A DNA stretch of 63,947 bases, filler included, from Octopus bimaculoides (Eukaryota): the NCBI RefSeq assembly GCF_001194135.2. It is 6 parts of 4 records of this genome, joined end to end, with 100 filler letters (N's around TTAATTAATTAA, not from the genome) between each part and the next. Parts side by side here need not be neighbours in the genome. Positions count along the whole stretch, not along the records: positions 13,820 to 29,192 come from NC_068981.1; positions 29,293 to 50,425 come from NC_068987.1; 4 more parts are not named here. One strand, 5' to 3'. Below are positions 26,657-40,147 of the stretch, piece by piece. Positions within the stretch are counted from its first letter, which is position 1. Each line of letters starts with the position of its first letter. The position numbers and the translations under genes are program-made. A model generated the notes under the pieces. The model had not been told where the DNA came from, searched no databases, and was given only the letters and a program-made list of their open reading frames with translations.

Positions 26657-27469
26657 NNNNNNNNNNNNNNNNNNNNNNNNNNNNNNNNNNNNNNNNNNNN
26701 NNNNNNNNNNNNNNNNNNNNNNNNNNNNNNNNNNNNNNNNNNNNNNNNNNNNNNNNNNNNNNNNNNNNNNNNNNNNNNNNNNNNNNNNNNNNNNNNNNNN
26801 NNNNNNNNNNNNNNNNNNNNNNNNNNNNNNNNNNNNNNNNNNNNNNNNNNNNNNNNNNNNNNNNNNNNNNNNNNNNNNNNNNNNNTTTCTGTTGAAGAGC
26901 GTAGGCTCGAAACGTAAAAGACTTCCTCACTTTCCCGATGCATATATACATACATGCATTCTAAAACTTTAAAAAGCGTGACAATTTACAAAAGGTTTTG
27001 GGCACATCAGACATGTTCCATACGCCCGTTCACTGCTATTGTGTTCGACATGGTTTAATACCATCATAGTTCTAAATTGACTGGTGTATGGAATCCACAT
27101 CACTATATTGTAAAAGAAGCGCAGAAAACATAAACAGTATTTTTATGTATTGTATTGCATAATAGGGCCTTCCGGCGTACGTAATACCAGCCCTCGGCTT
27201 ATTGAAACACGTATACGTTATCATTGTATAAAGCAGAGAAATAGCGGTTATGCTTTCTGAGTTATCGTTCCCATATGTGTGTGTGTATGTGTGTATGTGT
27301 GCGTGTGCATGTGTGTGTGTGTGTGTGTGTGTGTGTACATGCATATATGTGTGTGTATATATATATTATATTAGAAGAAACAGGACAACAAATACCACGG
27401 CAGGACGCGTATGTCAAGTCATTTAGAATATTTGATTAAGGTAAGGTGAATTTGAAGTCTTACACTCAG

Positions 27470-27850
27470 TCGTGGCTGTATGGTAAGTAGCTTGCTTTCC
27501 AACCACATGGTCCCGGGTTCAGTCCCACTGTGTAGCACCTTGAACAAGTGTCTTCTACTATAACCTCTCGCCGACCAAAACCTTGTGAGTGGATTTGCTA
27601 AACGGAAATTGAAAGAAGCTCGTCATGTATATGTATATATTTGTGTGTTAGTTTGTCCATCCCCACCAACATAGCTTGACAACCGATGTTGGTGTGTTTA
27701 CGTCCCTATAACTTAATGGTTCAGCTAAAGAGACCAATAGAATAAGTACTAGGCTTACAAAGAATAAGTCCTGGGGTCAATGTTTTCGACTAAAGGCGCT
27801 GCTCCAGCATGGCCGCAGTCAAATCACTGAAACAGGTAAAAGAGTAAACG
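27470..27850 (+). mobile_element. SINE family A, full length
   Basis: GTGGCTGTATGGTAAGTAGCTTGC...GGGTTCAGTCCC head through to CCAGCATGGCCGCAGTCAAATCACTGAAAC tail. Confidence 0.92.
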
Positions 27851-27960
27851 AATATATATATATATGTTGTTTATGCATTGACTTTACAGGTCAGCTAGGG
27901 CTACCAGTAAGTAGCGCAGATGGTTCGGCTGGCTCCAGCATCAATGAATTTGGAAATCCT

Positions 27961-28240
27961 GTTAGCCCCTTGTGGAGCATAGGGCCGGTTTCCTGGTTTC
28001 CATGGCGTATGTGTTCCCCCCTAACTGACGGGACGCCAGTCCATCGTAGCGCTTTACTCAAGAAACATGAAAAAAGAATGAGAGAAAGTTGGGGCGAAAG
28101 AGTACAACAGGGGTCGCCTCGTGGAGCTTTTTAGGTATTTTCGCTCAATAAACACACACTACGCCCGCCCGGTCTGGGAATCGAAACCGCTATCCTCCGA
28201 CCGTGAGTCCGCTGCCCTAACCACTGGGCCATTGCACCTC
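27961..28240 (-). mobile_element. SINE family C
   Basis: Same head and core as 22915-23281, but a different 3' tail. Confidence 0.85.
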
Positions 28241-29493
28241 CATTCAATGAAATTTAATGTAACAATATTGGAAAACCTTCTTCTTCCGTCAAGTGTCTTA
28301 ACAGAATGAGTGTATGCGTCTATTTAAATCGTACGTCTGCGCCATCTGCATGTGTACTGTTTTATGGGTGCGTGTCTGTCTCCGGTGGTTGCGTTAACAT
28401 TGTGTAACTGTTTAATGTGAAAGTCGATGACATTAAATCAGTTCGGTGTTGCTAAGCCTCAGAGCAGTCCTTACAGAGAAAACTAACTTTCACATCTTAC
28501 TTTTAAACATAGTGTATCTAGGGCTACATTATCCAGTGTTCTATTCCGTCTGTTTTGAGCATCTGATGCTCACTCTTCGCGGTTAACAATTTGAAAATCT
28601 CTTAAGACTTTCAGGATCGAATCATAAGTGACATTTCATGGAAAACAATTTGAGAATATTGAAAACAGATAAACACACTAAAACAAGTGGAAACTCCAGT
28701 CAGAAATAAAACCTTTATTTCAAATATGGGAACACCAAGAACGTCCCTGTTTTCTTTTTTTTTCATTATTATTATTTTTCAACATAAAAAGGAAATGGGA
28801 TTTCGGAATCATGACAAAAAAGGTAACGTCCAATAATAGCAGTTAAAATATTCTAGTAATAAACAAAATACACGGATACCTTTGCAGCAAAAATGAAAGC
28901 CACAATCGATATTGTTCTTCAAGCAATTTTGAAGCAATTAGAAGTAAAACCAGTGAATAAGGAACCAGGAGTTCGAACCTGACTTATTTTTTTACTGGTA
29001 CTGATAACATAGAGGTGCAAAAAGAAAGGGAGACCTTTAGTTTTAATTTTTTTCGTTATTTTTTTTTTATTTTAATATTTTGGTGTGGTGTTGGATTGTG
29101 GCTAAACAATTCCTTCAGATAAAATAGTGCAAAGATTATGGTAAATATTCATCAATTATTTCATATACATGTATGTATATTTATATATATATNNNNNNNN
29201 NNNNNNNNNNNNNNNNNNNNNNNNNNNNNNNNNNNNTTAATTAATTAANNNNNNNNNNNNNNNNNNNNNNNNNNNNNNNNNNNNNNNNNNNNAGAGTTAC
29301 CTTCTTTTAGATGAACAGCTAAAGTGCTGAAAGGTATAATTTGCAGCTGGTCCGTTGGTGTACCTGCAAGTGACCTTCAGGAGGCAATTCCCTGACGTGC
29401 TAATTAGCTCATAGCTGAGCGCCGGATACACACGCAAACACAAGCACATACACACGCAAACGTCTACGCAGAGACACACGCGCGTACACACAC

Positions 29494-29533
<40 letters not shown>

Positions 29534-29539
29534 TTATTA

Positions 29540-30320
29540 AGTCATTTTTAAGTTATGTTTTGTGCCCATTCAAGTAGGGAATCGTTGTTGACCGAGATGT
29601 ATCCAGATATATGTGGCTTGTTTCAGATATTGTTGAGGGAGATGGGATCTTTTTCTTTGACTTGTTTTGGCGTAATGTTAAATAGAGCAAGGCCTGTTGA
29701 AGAAAAGGGATCGTATAACATTGTATTTATGTGTTGTAAGACTGAATTGGGCAGGGGACGGATGGCATGTAGTCCCAGTCTTGCATGAATTTGATGTTAA
29801 GATTTTTTGAGTAATGCTGCTGTCATATCTCCACGTTGTGCAAATGATGGAGCGCTCATGGCGGCGCTGGAGAGAATAAAGTTTCAGTGTTTTAAGGTGA
29901 TCCCAATAATCAAGATCAGTTAAGTATTATATCTTTTAGTGAATGCTTTCTGGAGTGATTCAATTCCCGTACTGTTTGTTTGGTGTGGGGAGACCACACA
30001 GTGAGCTGCTGTATTTTTGGTGTAGCCTTACAAAGAAGCAAGAAAGGTAATGATGGCATTTTGTTCTCCAGACCAGAAAGTTTTGAGGATCCAGGAGCTC
30101 ATCCTGCGAGCCATATTGACTTTATTATTGATGTGAGCACTTCAGCCAAGATTGTTGTCAGCAATTACTCCTAAGACTCTAATATTATTGGACATTGTGA
30201 GTAGTTTCCCTGAAGTTACCCTGAAGGAAGAGAATATGTTTAGCGCATTGTTTTAGCACATTCTCTTTTCCAAACCACATTAGTTAAATTTTCCCCTCGT
30301 TTAACAGCATGATTTTGTTC
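29540..30320 (-). mobile_element. CR1/L2-group LINE, 5'-truncated ORF2 C-terminus
   Basis: Minus-strand translation: NIRVLGVIADNNL..HINNKVNMARRMSSWILKTF..SPHQ..IESLQKAFTKR..GLALFNITPK..SGYISVNNDSLLEW. Confidence 0.8.
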
Positions 30321-30327
30321 GCCAATT

Positions 30328-30516
30328 GTTAAGGGTTCAAAGTTCGGAGTCGAGTAAAGTGCGTGTTATACTTGCAGGGAAGTCGGAAGGTGTCGGTTGG
30401 TTAGTTCACAAGGAATATTGATTGTTGCCTTGTAAAGAAAGTTACCAATTCGTTGCATTGTTTTTACTGTTGTCTGATTATCTTATTTATTGTGTGTAAC
30501 AAATTACGTTACAACA
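30328..30516 (+). repeat. 5' LTR (3' portion only)
   Basis: Aligns by eye with 34810-34995; both end TATCTTATTTATTGT..GTAACAAATTACGTTACAACA. Confidence 0.85.
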
Positions 30517-30576
30517 TCTGGCGACGAGGGTTTGGAAGCTCACGTAAGTTATTTAACAATTTGTTCGTGATACAAC

Positions 30577-33500
30577 TTGTTAAATAATGGACGATCTATT
30601 AGCTTCTATACTACAGTTTCAGAAGCAAGAACAAGAGCAGCAACAGGAGTTGCAGAACTATTACAGCATCAACTACAAAAACATCAATTATTGGGGCTAT
30701 ACTCAAAGAATTCCAAAAATGAGGTAAGTTCGTTTTCGCCAGACGGTGTTTCGAATTCGATTAATGAATTCAGTTATAACCCAGAGGAGGGTATAACTTT
30801 TGCATCGTACTGCAGAAGGTATGAGAAGATTTTTAAGCAAGATTGCAAATCATGGTCGTACGAACAAAGAGTGATATTATTATTGCGAAAATTTGCTCCG
30901 TTAGAACATGAACGTTACCGTAATTTCATATTGCCCCAAAATCCCAATGAAATTTATTTTAAAGAAACAATAGAATTACTGTCTAACAGATTCGGTGATA
31001 AAACTTCTCTATTTAATACTCGAATGGAGTGCTGGAATATAACGAAAAGAGAGAATGATGATTTTATCACATACGCAGGAACATTCAACAAATTTTAAAC
31101 TCAAAGAACTTACATCTGAGATGTTCAAGTGTCTTATTTTGGTACAAGGCCTTATAGCAAGCATAGATACAGAAATTCAGGCAAGAATTCTTTCTAAATT
31201 GGAGCAAGTGAACCATGATCTAACCTTACAGTCCGTGGCAGAAGAGTGGTAAAGGATGGTAAAATTGAAACATGATGCAGAAAAAATTCAAGAAAAGGAT
31301 TCCTCAAAAATACAGATATGCTGACCAGAAACGTACAACCAATAAAGAGCGCCACGTCCTAATCCATGTTATGGATGTAGAGGTATGCATTTCAGAAAAG
31401 ACTGTCCATTTAAAAATCAAAAATATTACAGTTGCAAAAGAATTGGTCACAAAAGTTCACACTGAAGAACAAAATTACATAGGTCAAACATTAAAATTCC
31501 TAGAGTGCTCTCAACAGAAACAAAAATCGACTCCCAATAAGAAAATTCGTGCATGTAAAATTAAATGGAATACATATTAAACTTCAATTGGATGCTGGAA
31601 GTGATATTTCAATTATAAATAGGGACACATAGAATAAAATAGGGAAACCTATGTTGAGAAAAACAGCGAAATCTGCTCGTAACGTGACGGGCGACAAATT
31701 ACATTTCATAGGTGAAATGTGGACTAATGTCACATTTCGAGGGAAAACATACAAGGCGAAAGTCTTCGTCGTTAAAAATACAACCGATCTGTTTGGTAGC
31801 GATTGGTTAGAATTATTCGATTCATGGAACCTCCCCATAAATCTCTATTGTAAATCGTAAATGGTTGTCCCTCTAAAACTAATTCGTCAGAAGAGTTAAA
31901 GAGAAAATTTGAAAAGATATTTTCGCAAATACTCTCGGACAAACTAGGTCTATGCACAAAGACTGAAGCGTGTTTTGAATAAGATGATAACGTTACACCT
32001 GTGTTCAATCCTAATAGGAAAGTGCCTTTTGCAGCAAGAAAGCAAGTGGACGATGAGTTGGGTAGATTGGGAAAAAAACTGAATCGCTGAAAAAGTGGAT
32101 TACGCGAAGTGGGCAGCTCCGACTGTATGTATAAAGAAGAAAAATAACAAAATTAGGTTGTGTGCCTATTTTCCGACCGGTTTAAATGACTGTTTAAAAA
32201 TGAACAATTATTCACCACCGACTCCAGAAGATATTTTTATAAAACTAAACGGAGGAAAAATATTTTCAAAACTCGATCTGTCGGACGCATATCTGCAAAT
32301 CAAAGTAGATAAAAACTGCTCAAAGCTGTTAATGGTCAACACACACAGAGGTCTATACAAATACAATAGACTGAAGGTAGCACCTTCAATGGACGTGAGG
32401 TTGGCAGACTGTCAATTTGCTATTCCTTACCTTGATGACGTGTTAATCAAAACCGAATCACGGAATGAGCATATCGAACATGCGAAGAGGGTCGTTAAAA
32501 AAATTAAGGACTATGGTTTCACACTCAGTGAAGAGAAATATGAATATTTTTTGCCTAAAATAAAATACCTAGGTCAAATAATAGATAAGAATGGAAGACG
32601 TCTTGACCCATCGAGGGCGGACGCAATCAAGAATATGCCTCATCCTACGAATATACCAACATTTACAAGCTTTCCCTGGCCTAGCAAATTACTATCAACA
32701 GTATATTCCTAATATACATAAATTGAGAGCACCATTAAACGATTTACTAAAAAAAAAAAAGAAAAGAGAATTGGTCAACAGAGTGCCAAAACGCATTTGA
32801 AGACAAAGTAAATACTAATTTCCGAGTTGTCACTCGCACATTTCAATCCTAGAATGGATATTGTTGTAGCGCCTGATGCTTCGGAGTATGGAATAGGAGC
32901 AGTCTTGCTACACATGTATAAAGATGGAAATATGAAGCCAGTAATTCATGCTTCACGTTCGCTAGTAGCAGCGGAGAAAAAAGTATAGTAAGATAGAGAA
33001 TGAACCTCTATCGATTAATTTCACAAACTTTTACATGGTAGAAGTTCTTTGTTACAAACCAACCATCGACGATTACTATCAATTGTTAGATTGAAGAAGG
33101 GATTGCCTAACCATACTGTGGGCTGACTACAACGCTGGGGTACAATATTTCTGAACTACAGTTTTAAGATGCAATATATTCTGTCGAAGAAAATTGGTCA
33201 TGCAGACTGCTTATCGAGGCTAATTCCCAAGAGCATGAAACTGCTACAAGAGATCGTGATAACATCATTGCAGTTAGAAAATGAAGTAAGAAGTATTGTG
33301 TGTAATATAATCCAAGAACTGCCGGTGACAGTGCAAAATATAAAAATGAAATCCGTAGAAGTTATTTTACATTACAAAAATAGAAGAAACATCGAAAAAT
33401 AAGCATAATAAAAATGCAAATTCAAATAATTTCTCACTATGCGACGATATCTTAATGTACGTGCAGAGAGTAGTAGTACCAAGTGCACAACAGAAACGAG

Positions 33501-34100
33501 TATTGCAACAATTCCACTGTGGGCACCCGGGAATGTCCAGAATTAAAGCTTTAATGAGGAGCTTTGTCTATTGGCTAACCATGGACAGGGGCAATTGGTG
33601 AAAGCATGTAGAGGCTGTTCGTTGGAAAGCAAAGGACCACCACTAAAATATCAATTGTGACCGGAGACTGAGAGCCCATGGTCCAGGATACATATCGACT
33701 ACGCTAGACCAGTGAACGGCGCATACTCTCTAATCGTTGTGGATAGTTACACAAAGTTGTCAGAGGCATGCACATTTAATAAACTCAGCAAAGACAACAA
33801 TAAAGTTCCTGCTCGAGTTATTTGCTCGATACAGTGTTCCAGAAACTTTAGTTTCAGATAATGGAACACAATTCACGGGATATGAATTAAGAAATTTCTG
33901 CAAAATATATGCCATTAAAGCACATCTTTACCCCGTACTACCACCCGAGATCAAATGGGCAGGTGGAAAGATTTGTCGACACGTTCAAACCAGCTCTAAG
34001 AAAAGCTAGGAACGAGCTAGATAATGACGAGGCACTAACGAAATTTTTGAGAGTATAAAGAATAACGTCAAATCCAAATACTAATTCAGGGAAGTCACCA
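30577..34100 (+). pseudogene. gypsy gag-pol pseudogene with many frameshifts and stops
   Basis: Gag EGITFASYCRRYEKIF; protease LDAGSDISII (~31590); RT YLDDVLI; RNase H DASEYGIGAVL (~32875); integrase zinc finger HCGHPGMSRIKALMRSFVYW and core PETLVSDNGTQFT. Confidence 0.9.
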
Positions 34101-34669
34101 GCAGAGTTAATGTTCGCGTGTAAAATAAAATTGATCTTCGATAAATTATTGCCAGGAAAATATACATATAATGGAAAAAAAAAACATTTGATGGAAATAC
34201 AAAAAGTATTATAAAACATTTCGAAGTAGGAGATAAAGTCCATCTTACAAACCACAAAAATTGTAAAGAAAGTTGGGAGGATGACTGTGTAATCAAAAGA
34301 TTAGGTAACATGATGTAGTTAATTAAAGGACAACTTTCGGAACATAAGAGACACCTTAACAAGTTAAAGATGAGACATACAGAAGAACGAAGGGTAATAC
34401 CAATGGAAGTCTTCTATGAGATGTTTGGAGTGCCAGCACCGAGAGATATTGAACTCCCTAGAACTAGTTTCAGAAAACGAAAACAGACTGAATATCAGGA
34501 TGTAACACCTAAACGAAAGGATATTAAATTTTCAAAGAAGAAAAAAAGAGTGCCAACAAGAATGCTTAGTACTACGAACAGAAAAAGTGCTGTGTGCAAC
34601 GAAAAATACTACCTTAAAATTCGGGCACCAATTAAGATACATCAGCTAAAGAAAACAAGAAAAAAGAGG

Positions 34670-34995
34670 TGTTGGAAATAAAAAAAAATTAAATAAAAGA
34701 AATTCCACATTTTCACAGTAGTTGAAATCTCAAAAGCGATGTTGTGATGAGAGTTAGGACGCTCCCTTGCGAGAGAGAGACTGGTACAAATAACAACAAT
34801 CCGAGTGAGTTGAAGGTTCAGAGTTCGGAGTCGACTGAAGTTCGTGTCAGGTCACAGTGAGTCGGAAGATGTCGGTTGTCTAGTTCACAAGAAATATTAA
34901 TTGTTGGTTCATAAAGAGAGTTGTTAGTTCGTTACATTGTCTTTATAGCTATCTGGTTATCTTATTTATTGTACGTAACAAATTACGTTACAACA
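34670..34995 (+). repeat. 3' LTR
   Basis: TG..CA termini, preceded by a polypurine tract. Confidence 0.8.
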
Positions 34996-36299
34996 ATATA
35001 TATGCCAAATGAACCGTAGTACTTATTTTTAAGTCTCATGTCTATACCATTGGCTTTTCTTGTGAAACTATTAAGTTAGAAACGGAAACAAACCAATACC
35101 GGCTGTCAATTGGCGAGACATTTATATAAACGGAAAGACACACTCACACAAACACACACACACACACGCACCCACACCTCTACACGCTACGGTCTTCCAA
35201 ACAGCTTCCGTCCCCAAATTCAGTCACCAAGTCAGTTATATTAGCTACAAGAGAAGACACTTTCCCAAGGTGCAGTGGAAATCTGCCAGAAACCATGTAC
35301 TTGCGAAAACAAACTTGTTAACCAGTTTCAGTGTGTGTGAGTGTGTGAGCGCGCGCACTTCTGTGTGCATAACCAACTTTTAGCTTACTATCAAAAACTA
35401 ATGTTTACATGTAAACCTACAAATACCTGTTTCCATTTATATATTGAATTCTCTCTCCATCTCTTGCTTCCCTCTCTCTATCCTGATGTGTGTGTGTGTA
35501 TGTGTGTGCATACTTGCTTCTGTTGATGTGAGTGCAGTTATTTCGCCTCTAGGTCAATTCATATTTGTATACATACACTTATTTTATATGAATAAAGAAA
35601 TAAAAATGCATAAGTACACTGACACTCAGACATATATTGATAAACACTGACGCATTCACCCATTGAAATAAACAAACTTATTAATAATAACATTAATCCT
35701 GACAGGCAAATATATGCACACATGCACAAAGTGAAACTGCCTAAATAAATACTCACTACGCGTAAATGTACAAGTTGTGAGAATAAAAATAACATTCTTC
35801 TCAGTCATTAATATTTAGGTACTTATAGATGAGGGACGTCTTGTCTATGAAGGCGAGATAGGCAGTTCTTTCTCAGATTGCAATCGTAAGTGTATATGAT
35901 CAAAAACAAAAGACTAAATGATCACCACTTCATCACGAAAATTTACTGTACTGAATTTAGAGTAAAATTCAAGGAATAGTTACTATTTTTATGTTAGGGA
36001 GGCAGAGAATACGCTAACTTTAAAGTTCGATGTAGGTATTAATGCATAACAAAGCTATCTCCTCGCTCCGCGAAGCAGAAGAATTTTTTTTACAGCTTGC
36101 TTTCGTAATATATGTATGTACACTTATGTGTGTATGTGTGTGTGTGTGTGTGTGGACAGCAATAAGATATATATATATAGCTGCCAAGTTACATTACATG
36201 TATGATATTATGGAATTTATTTGTTCCTGTAGGATCGTTAGCATGCGTATGTAGATAAAACCAACATTTTTTTATTCCTTTCGATACATGTAGCAAAGG

Positions 36300-36600
36300 A
36301 ATTCTTTTCGTACCTGGACATTTCGCGGGATTATGGTTTACCATTAGTCGGATTTCATATCCAACGACTCGACTCAGAAACTGGTGTGCGCCATGTCACT
36401 TGTATGATTCGGGAGCGCCAGCTCAGACTGTTTGGTCATGTTGCTCGATTTTCCTCTTCACTATGAATCCTACTGGAATGACAGCTCGTGTTGATCGACC
36501 ACATGTCACATGGTCACAGCAGATGAAGTATCTCACGGAAATGAGGACTGATCGGGACTAGGGTCTCTACACAACGAGTCACCCGCGAGGACCCAGGAAT
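36300..36600 (+). mobile_element. RTE-clade LINE 3' fragment
   Basis: Translates RLDSETGVRHVTCMIRERQLRLFGHVARF, the RTE RL...GHV.R motif. Confidence 0.75.
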
Positions 36601-36619
36601 ACACCGACAAATATTAAAT

Positions 36620-36780
36620 GCAGCAGTTTCTTTCAGTTACCGTCTGCCAAATCCACTCACAAGGCTTTGGTTGGTTCTAGGTTGTAGTAGAAGACACTTG
36701 CCTAAAGTGCCACGCAGTTGGACTAAACCAGAACCATGGGGTTGAGAAGCAAACTTATTACCACACAGTTATGCCTAATG
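36620..36780 (-). mobile_element. SINE family A, 5' half
   Basis: CTTTCAGTTACCGTCTGCCAAATCCACTCACAAGGCTTTGG. Confidence 0.85.
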
Positions 36781-37199
36781 TTATTTCGTAAAGTTTCTAA
36801 TTGAATACACATTGACAACCCTTTCAGAAATAAAAGTATTGTTATAAAAGTATTGTTATAAAAATAATCAACAGCATTACAAACATACAGACTGTGATAT
36901 ATGCAAATTTACGAAAAAGCTTAAGATATCCGCGTAAAATTCAAACTCGGGTAATATGGATAATTATCAACAGTTATCTATTTAGATGACTTTGCTGTTA
37001 TGAATGAATACGATGTGAAGATATTCTATTGTGCTCTTATGAAAAAGTATAGGGAATAAACTTTCGGTAATAGTTAATCTAACACCAGGGATATATCCCT
37101 ATTCTTTCTATACCTTGAGAAGTTTGTATGTAAATTGCTTTATACACGACCAGGGAAACACAATAGCAAATAAATTCAAACTGGCTGATTGAACTGAAC

Positions 37200-39680
37200 C
37201 TTTTAGACGAAAAAAAGCCAAAATTTAACTTGAAACACAACATAGAAAATGTTGGTGCTAATCCAACGATAAGACACGCATGTCCATACCAATTCCGTCT
37301 GGGTGGAATTAAAGATAAAATTATCCCTATAATTATAGAAAAAGTACAACATACTTCTTTGGATAATATAATGTCCTTCTATGGTATAAAAAGTTTGAAG
37401 ATAAAAAGAACATTTCTTTTATTCGATTTGACATTGGTACTAATGATCAATTTCTCCTACACAAATCTCACATATTCGCATTTAAACTCACTAATCTAAA
37501 CAAAGTTGATATCAATATCATCAAAACGACGAGAAAAAACGCATCTAATTTCAACGAATGTCTCAATAACGAATGTCTCAGTAACGAAAGAAAAGATTAC
37601 TTCGATTTGCTTACGAATGGGTTAATTGAACTTAGCTCAAGTTACGGACTGAGTCAAATTGTTTCTATAGTACACCAACAAAAAGATAATTTCTAATAAC
37701 TCGATAGAGGGCTATACAGAGATGATTGCTCTATTAACTAAAAATAACGGATACCTTCTGCCTTAGAAAGGCTTCGTAAATGACTAAATGGAATTCTGGG
37801 AAATTTTAATTTTTCTACTTCAGTGATGATACTAAAAAGTGAATGTTTTTAATGTTACTCTTGATCAAAGTAGTGATTTACAGTTTCCTTACAATAAACC
37901 AAATGAAAACTTTCACTACATACACAAACTATTTAATCATCCCAGATCTGTTATAGATAAAACAGAGAAAACTATTTTGCTTATAATATCTAAATCGTCA
38001 GCTAATGAACAAATATTTTACGATAATGCTGAACATTATTAGGCACCGCAAAGAAATGGATTCACTGATTAAAGTTGAATCATCCCCGCCGAAGTCCAAA
38101 GAAACTGTAGAAGAAAGATTAGTATTTTTCAAAAATAAGGAATATAAGAAATCTTAACGTCATTACATGTTAATTTCAATTAACATTACAAGTTAATTAA
38201 AGAATATAACATGTCAAATGCTAAATATCCAGCTAGGAATGATTTGGATAGCAATGGAAGTATGATAAATACACAAAAATGTAAAAATATTACATTTAGA
38301 AACCCGTTAATGATCAAGTGAAAAAGTTCATACAAGCATCAGAAGGAACAAATATAATAACAACAAATAGAGGGAACCCTAAGATTTATTGTCGAGAAAG
38401 ACTTGTACGTAATCACGTTTAACAGCAATGAATATATCCGAATTTGAAAATGGAAGACCACATCCAAACCTGTAACGATAATCTGAAATCTTAAATAGGC
38501 GACATTTTACCAACTTATTTCTAAAACCGCAACAAGGTCATTCCTAAATTCTTTGAACGCTGTAATATAGAAAATTCTCAATAGCAGATAACGTTCAGTA
38601 CAACTAATTATTAGAAAATCAAGAAAAAAATGTCTCTGAGGATACAATATACTAAACAAAAACTTGCATCATAGTCATAAATACTAAAGTATTTTCAATA
38701 AATATACAGTAAAATTCTCATTTTTAAAACAAATATTCTAGAAGACAACATTGACTACCTTAATATTTCAAAAATTAACAAATGCAAACGCACTCTATAT
38801 GTTTTGTAAAACCGTAAACCTGAATGTACTTAGATATCCCAGTATTTAAAATATGATTTTAAAAATCCTTAAAATGGTAGCCTTAGTAATGAAGATAACT
38901 CCTTAAATACCCAACTACAAGTAAAATGAAAACTAGTTATAACTTGGGTTATCATGACTCCAGCTTTTCTAAAGGCAGACAAACAGGTGTAATAAACTTT
39001 AGTAGTACAAAGCTCAAAATTGGAAAAAGCTAACACTGCACCTTTCTATAATGAAAGATTTCCTATTTAAAACAGCCCGAAAAGCAGCCATAAAATAGTA
39101 CTATAAGCATTAACTCCGGAAATAAGCATAGAAGTAGTAGAATTTAAAACAAACATTAAAGAACAAAATGATCAAATTAATAGCGGGAAAAATTCAAGTT
39201 AACAGGTGTCTCTAGAAATCTCAACGAATAAACTCATTGCTTGTCAGTGTAGAACATTGACCCTTAGAAGATAAATATTCCTTAAGCGATAATAGAAATC
39301 ATAGCACAAACTGACATTTGATATTTTACGTTGCACGTAAAACCCATTTAAGTGCAGCTATAATATACATAGGCATACGTTTGATAATAAAAGATATGTG
39401 AGACAAATTCAGAAGCCAAACATATAATGGATTAAAGTCTTAGGACAATAGTTTAAACTTCAGTGGAGCATCTTAGCCACTGCCTCACAGACACAGGTAA
39501 TGAAAGAGGTTGCAAGGCTTGTACAGTAGAAGTTCTTAAAATATTCTAGCTGATGATAAATGATTTAACTCAGGAAAGGAAAGCTTATATTCAAATAGAT
39601 AACGACACTTGACATTAAGTTCTAAAAGAATTCTTACCTCTTAACAGATAACTAAAATTCAACTAGATAACCAGGCATAG
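37200..39680 (+). mobile_element. decayed Penelope-like element (RT and GIY-YIG-associated C-terminus)
   Basis: PTIRHACP..LG; RGLYRDD; VNVFNVTLD..PYNKPN..YIHKLFNHPRSV..ISKSSANEQIF; later CQCR and WSIL..CKAC.VE, matching the PLE C-terminal Cys motifs. Confidence 0.7.
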
Positions 39681-40015
39681 TATTTTGCCAACAAAATAGA
39701 AACTTCTAGAGCATTTAAAAATTCATTCATCTGTATGTACGTCAGCATTTGTGTCTATACACAAATGTATGGGGAATAAATGATTTTTCCTTTATGAGGT
39801 TTTTTCACGCTAGCTATTTGATAAATTCTTGTAAAAGATTTTATCCTATATATATATATATATATATATATATTTCGTATGTGTATTTCGTGTGCAAGAT
39901 TCTTGATGTGGATACGTGTGTTGAAAGAAATACAATTAAACCTTGGGAGAGGCATTATGCCGGTAATAAACACACGCACTGGTTCAGTCCTTTATTAATT
40001 TGTATAGTTTTTAAA

Positions 40016-40147
40016 ATTATTTCATTGCACTCTTGCAATCTCTTCAGTAACTTGTCTCTCCACTTCCATTTATTTTGAATATATTCAAAATAAATGGAAG
40101 TGGAGAGACAAGTTACTGAAGAGATTGCAAGAGTGCAATGAAATAAT
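40016..40147. repeat. perfect 132-bp palindrome with no spacer
   Basis: Centre at 40081/40082; the arms are exact reverse complements. Confidence 0.95.

Larger units (their letters stand above)
30328..34995 (+). mobile_element. Ty3/gypsy LTR retrotransposon (K02A2.6/Mag-like), decayed
   Basis: Partial 5' LTR ending ACAACA at 30516; PBS-like TGGCGACGAG from 30519; gag-pro-RT-RH-IN in gypsy order; PPT AAGAAAAAAGAGG before the 3' LTR (TG 34670 to CA 34995). Confidence 0.92.

Noticed and set aside
27890-27906. Possible 17-bp microexon (TTTACAG|...|GTAAGT)
   Set aside because: Splice-like words alone, wedged between two SINEs, are insufficient support.
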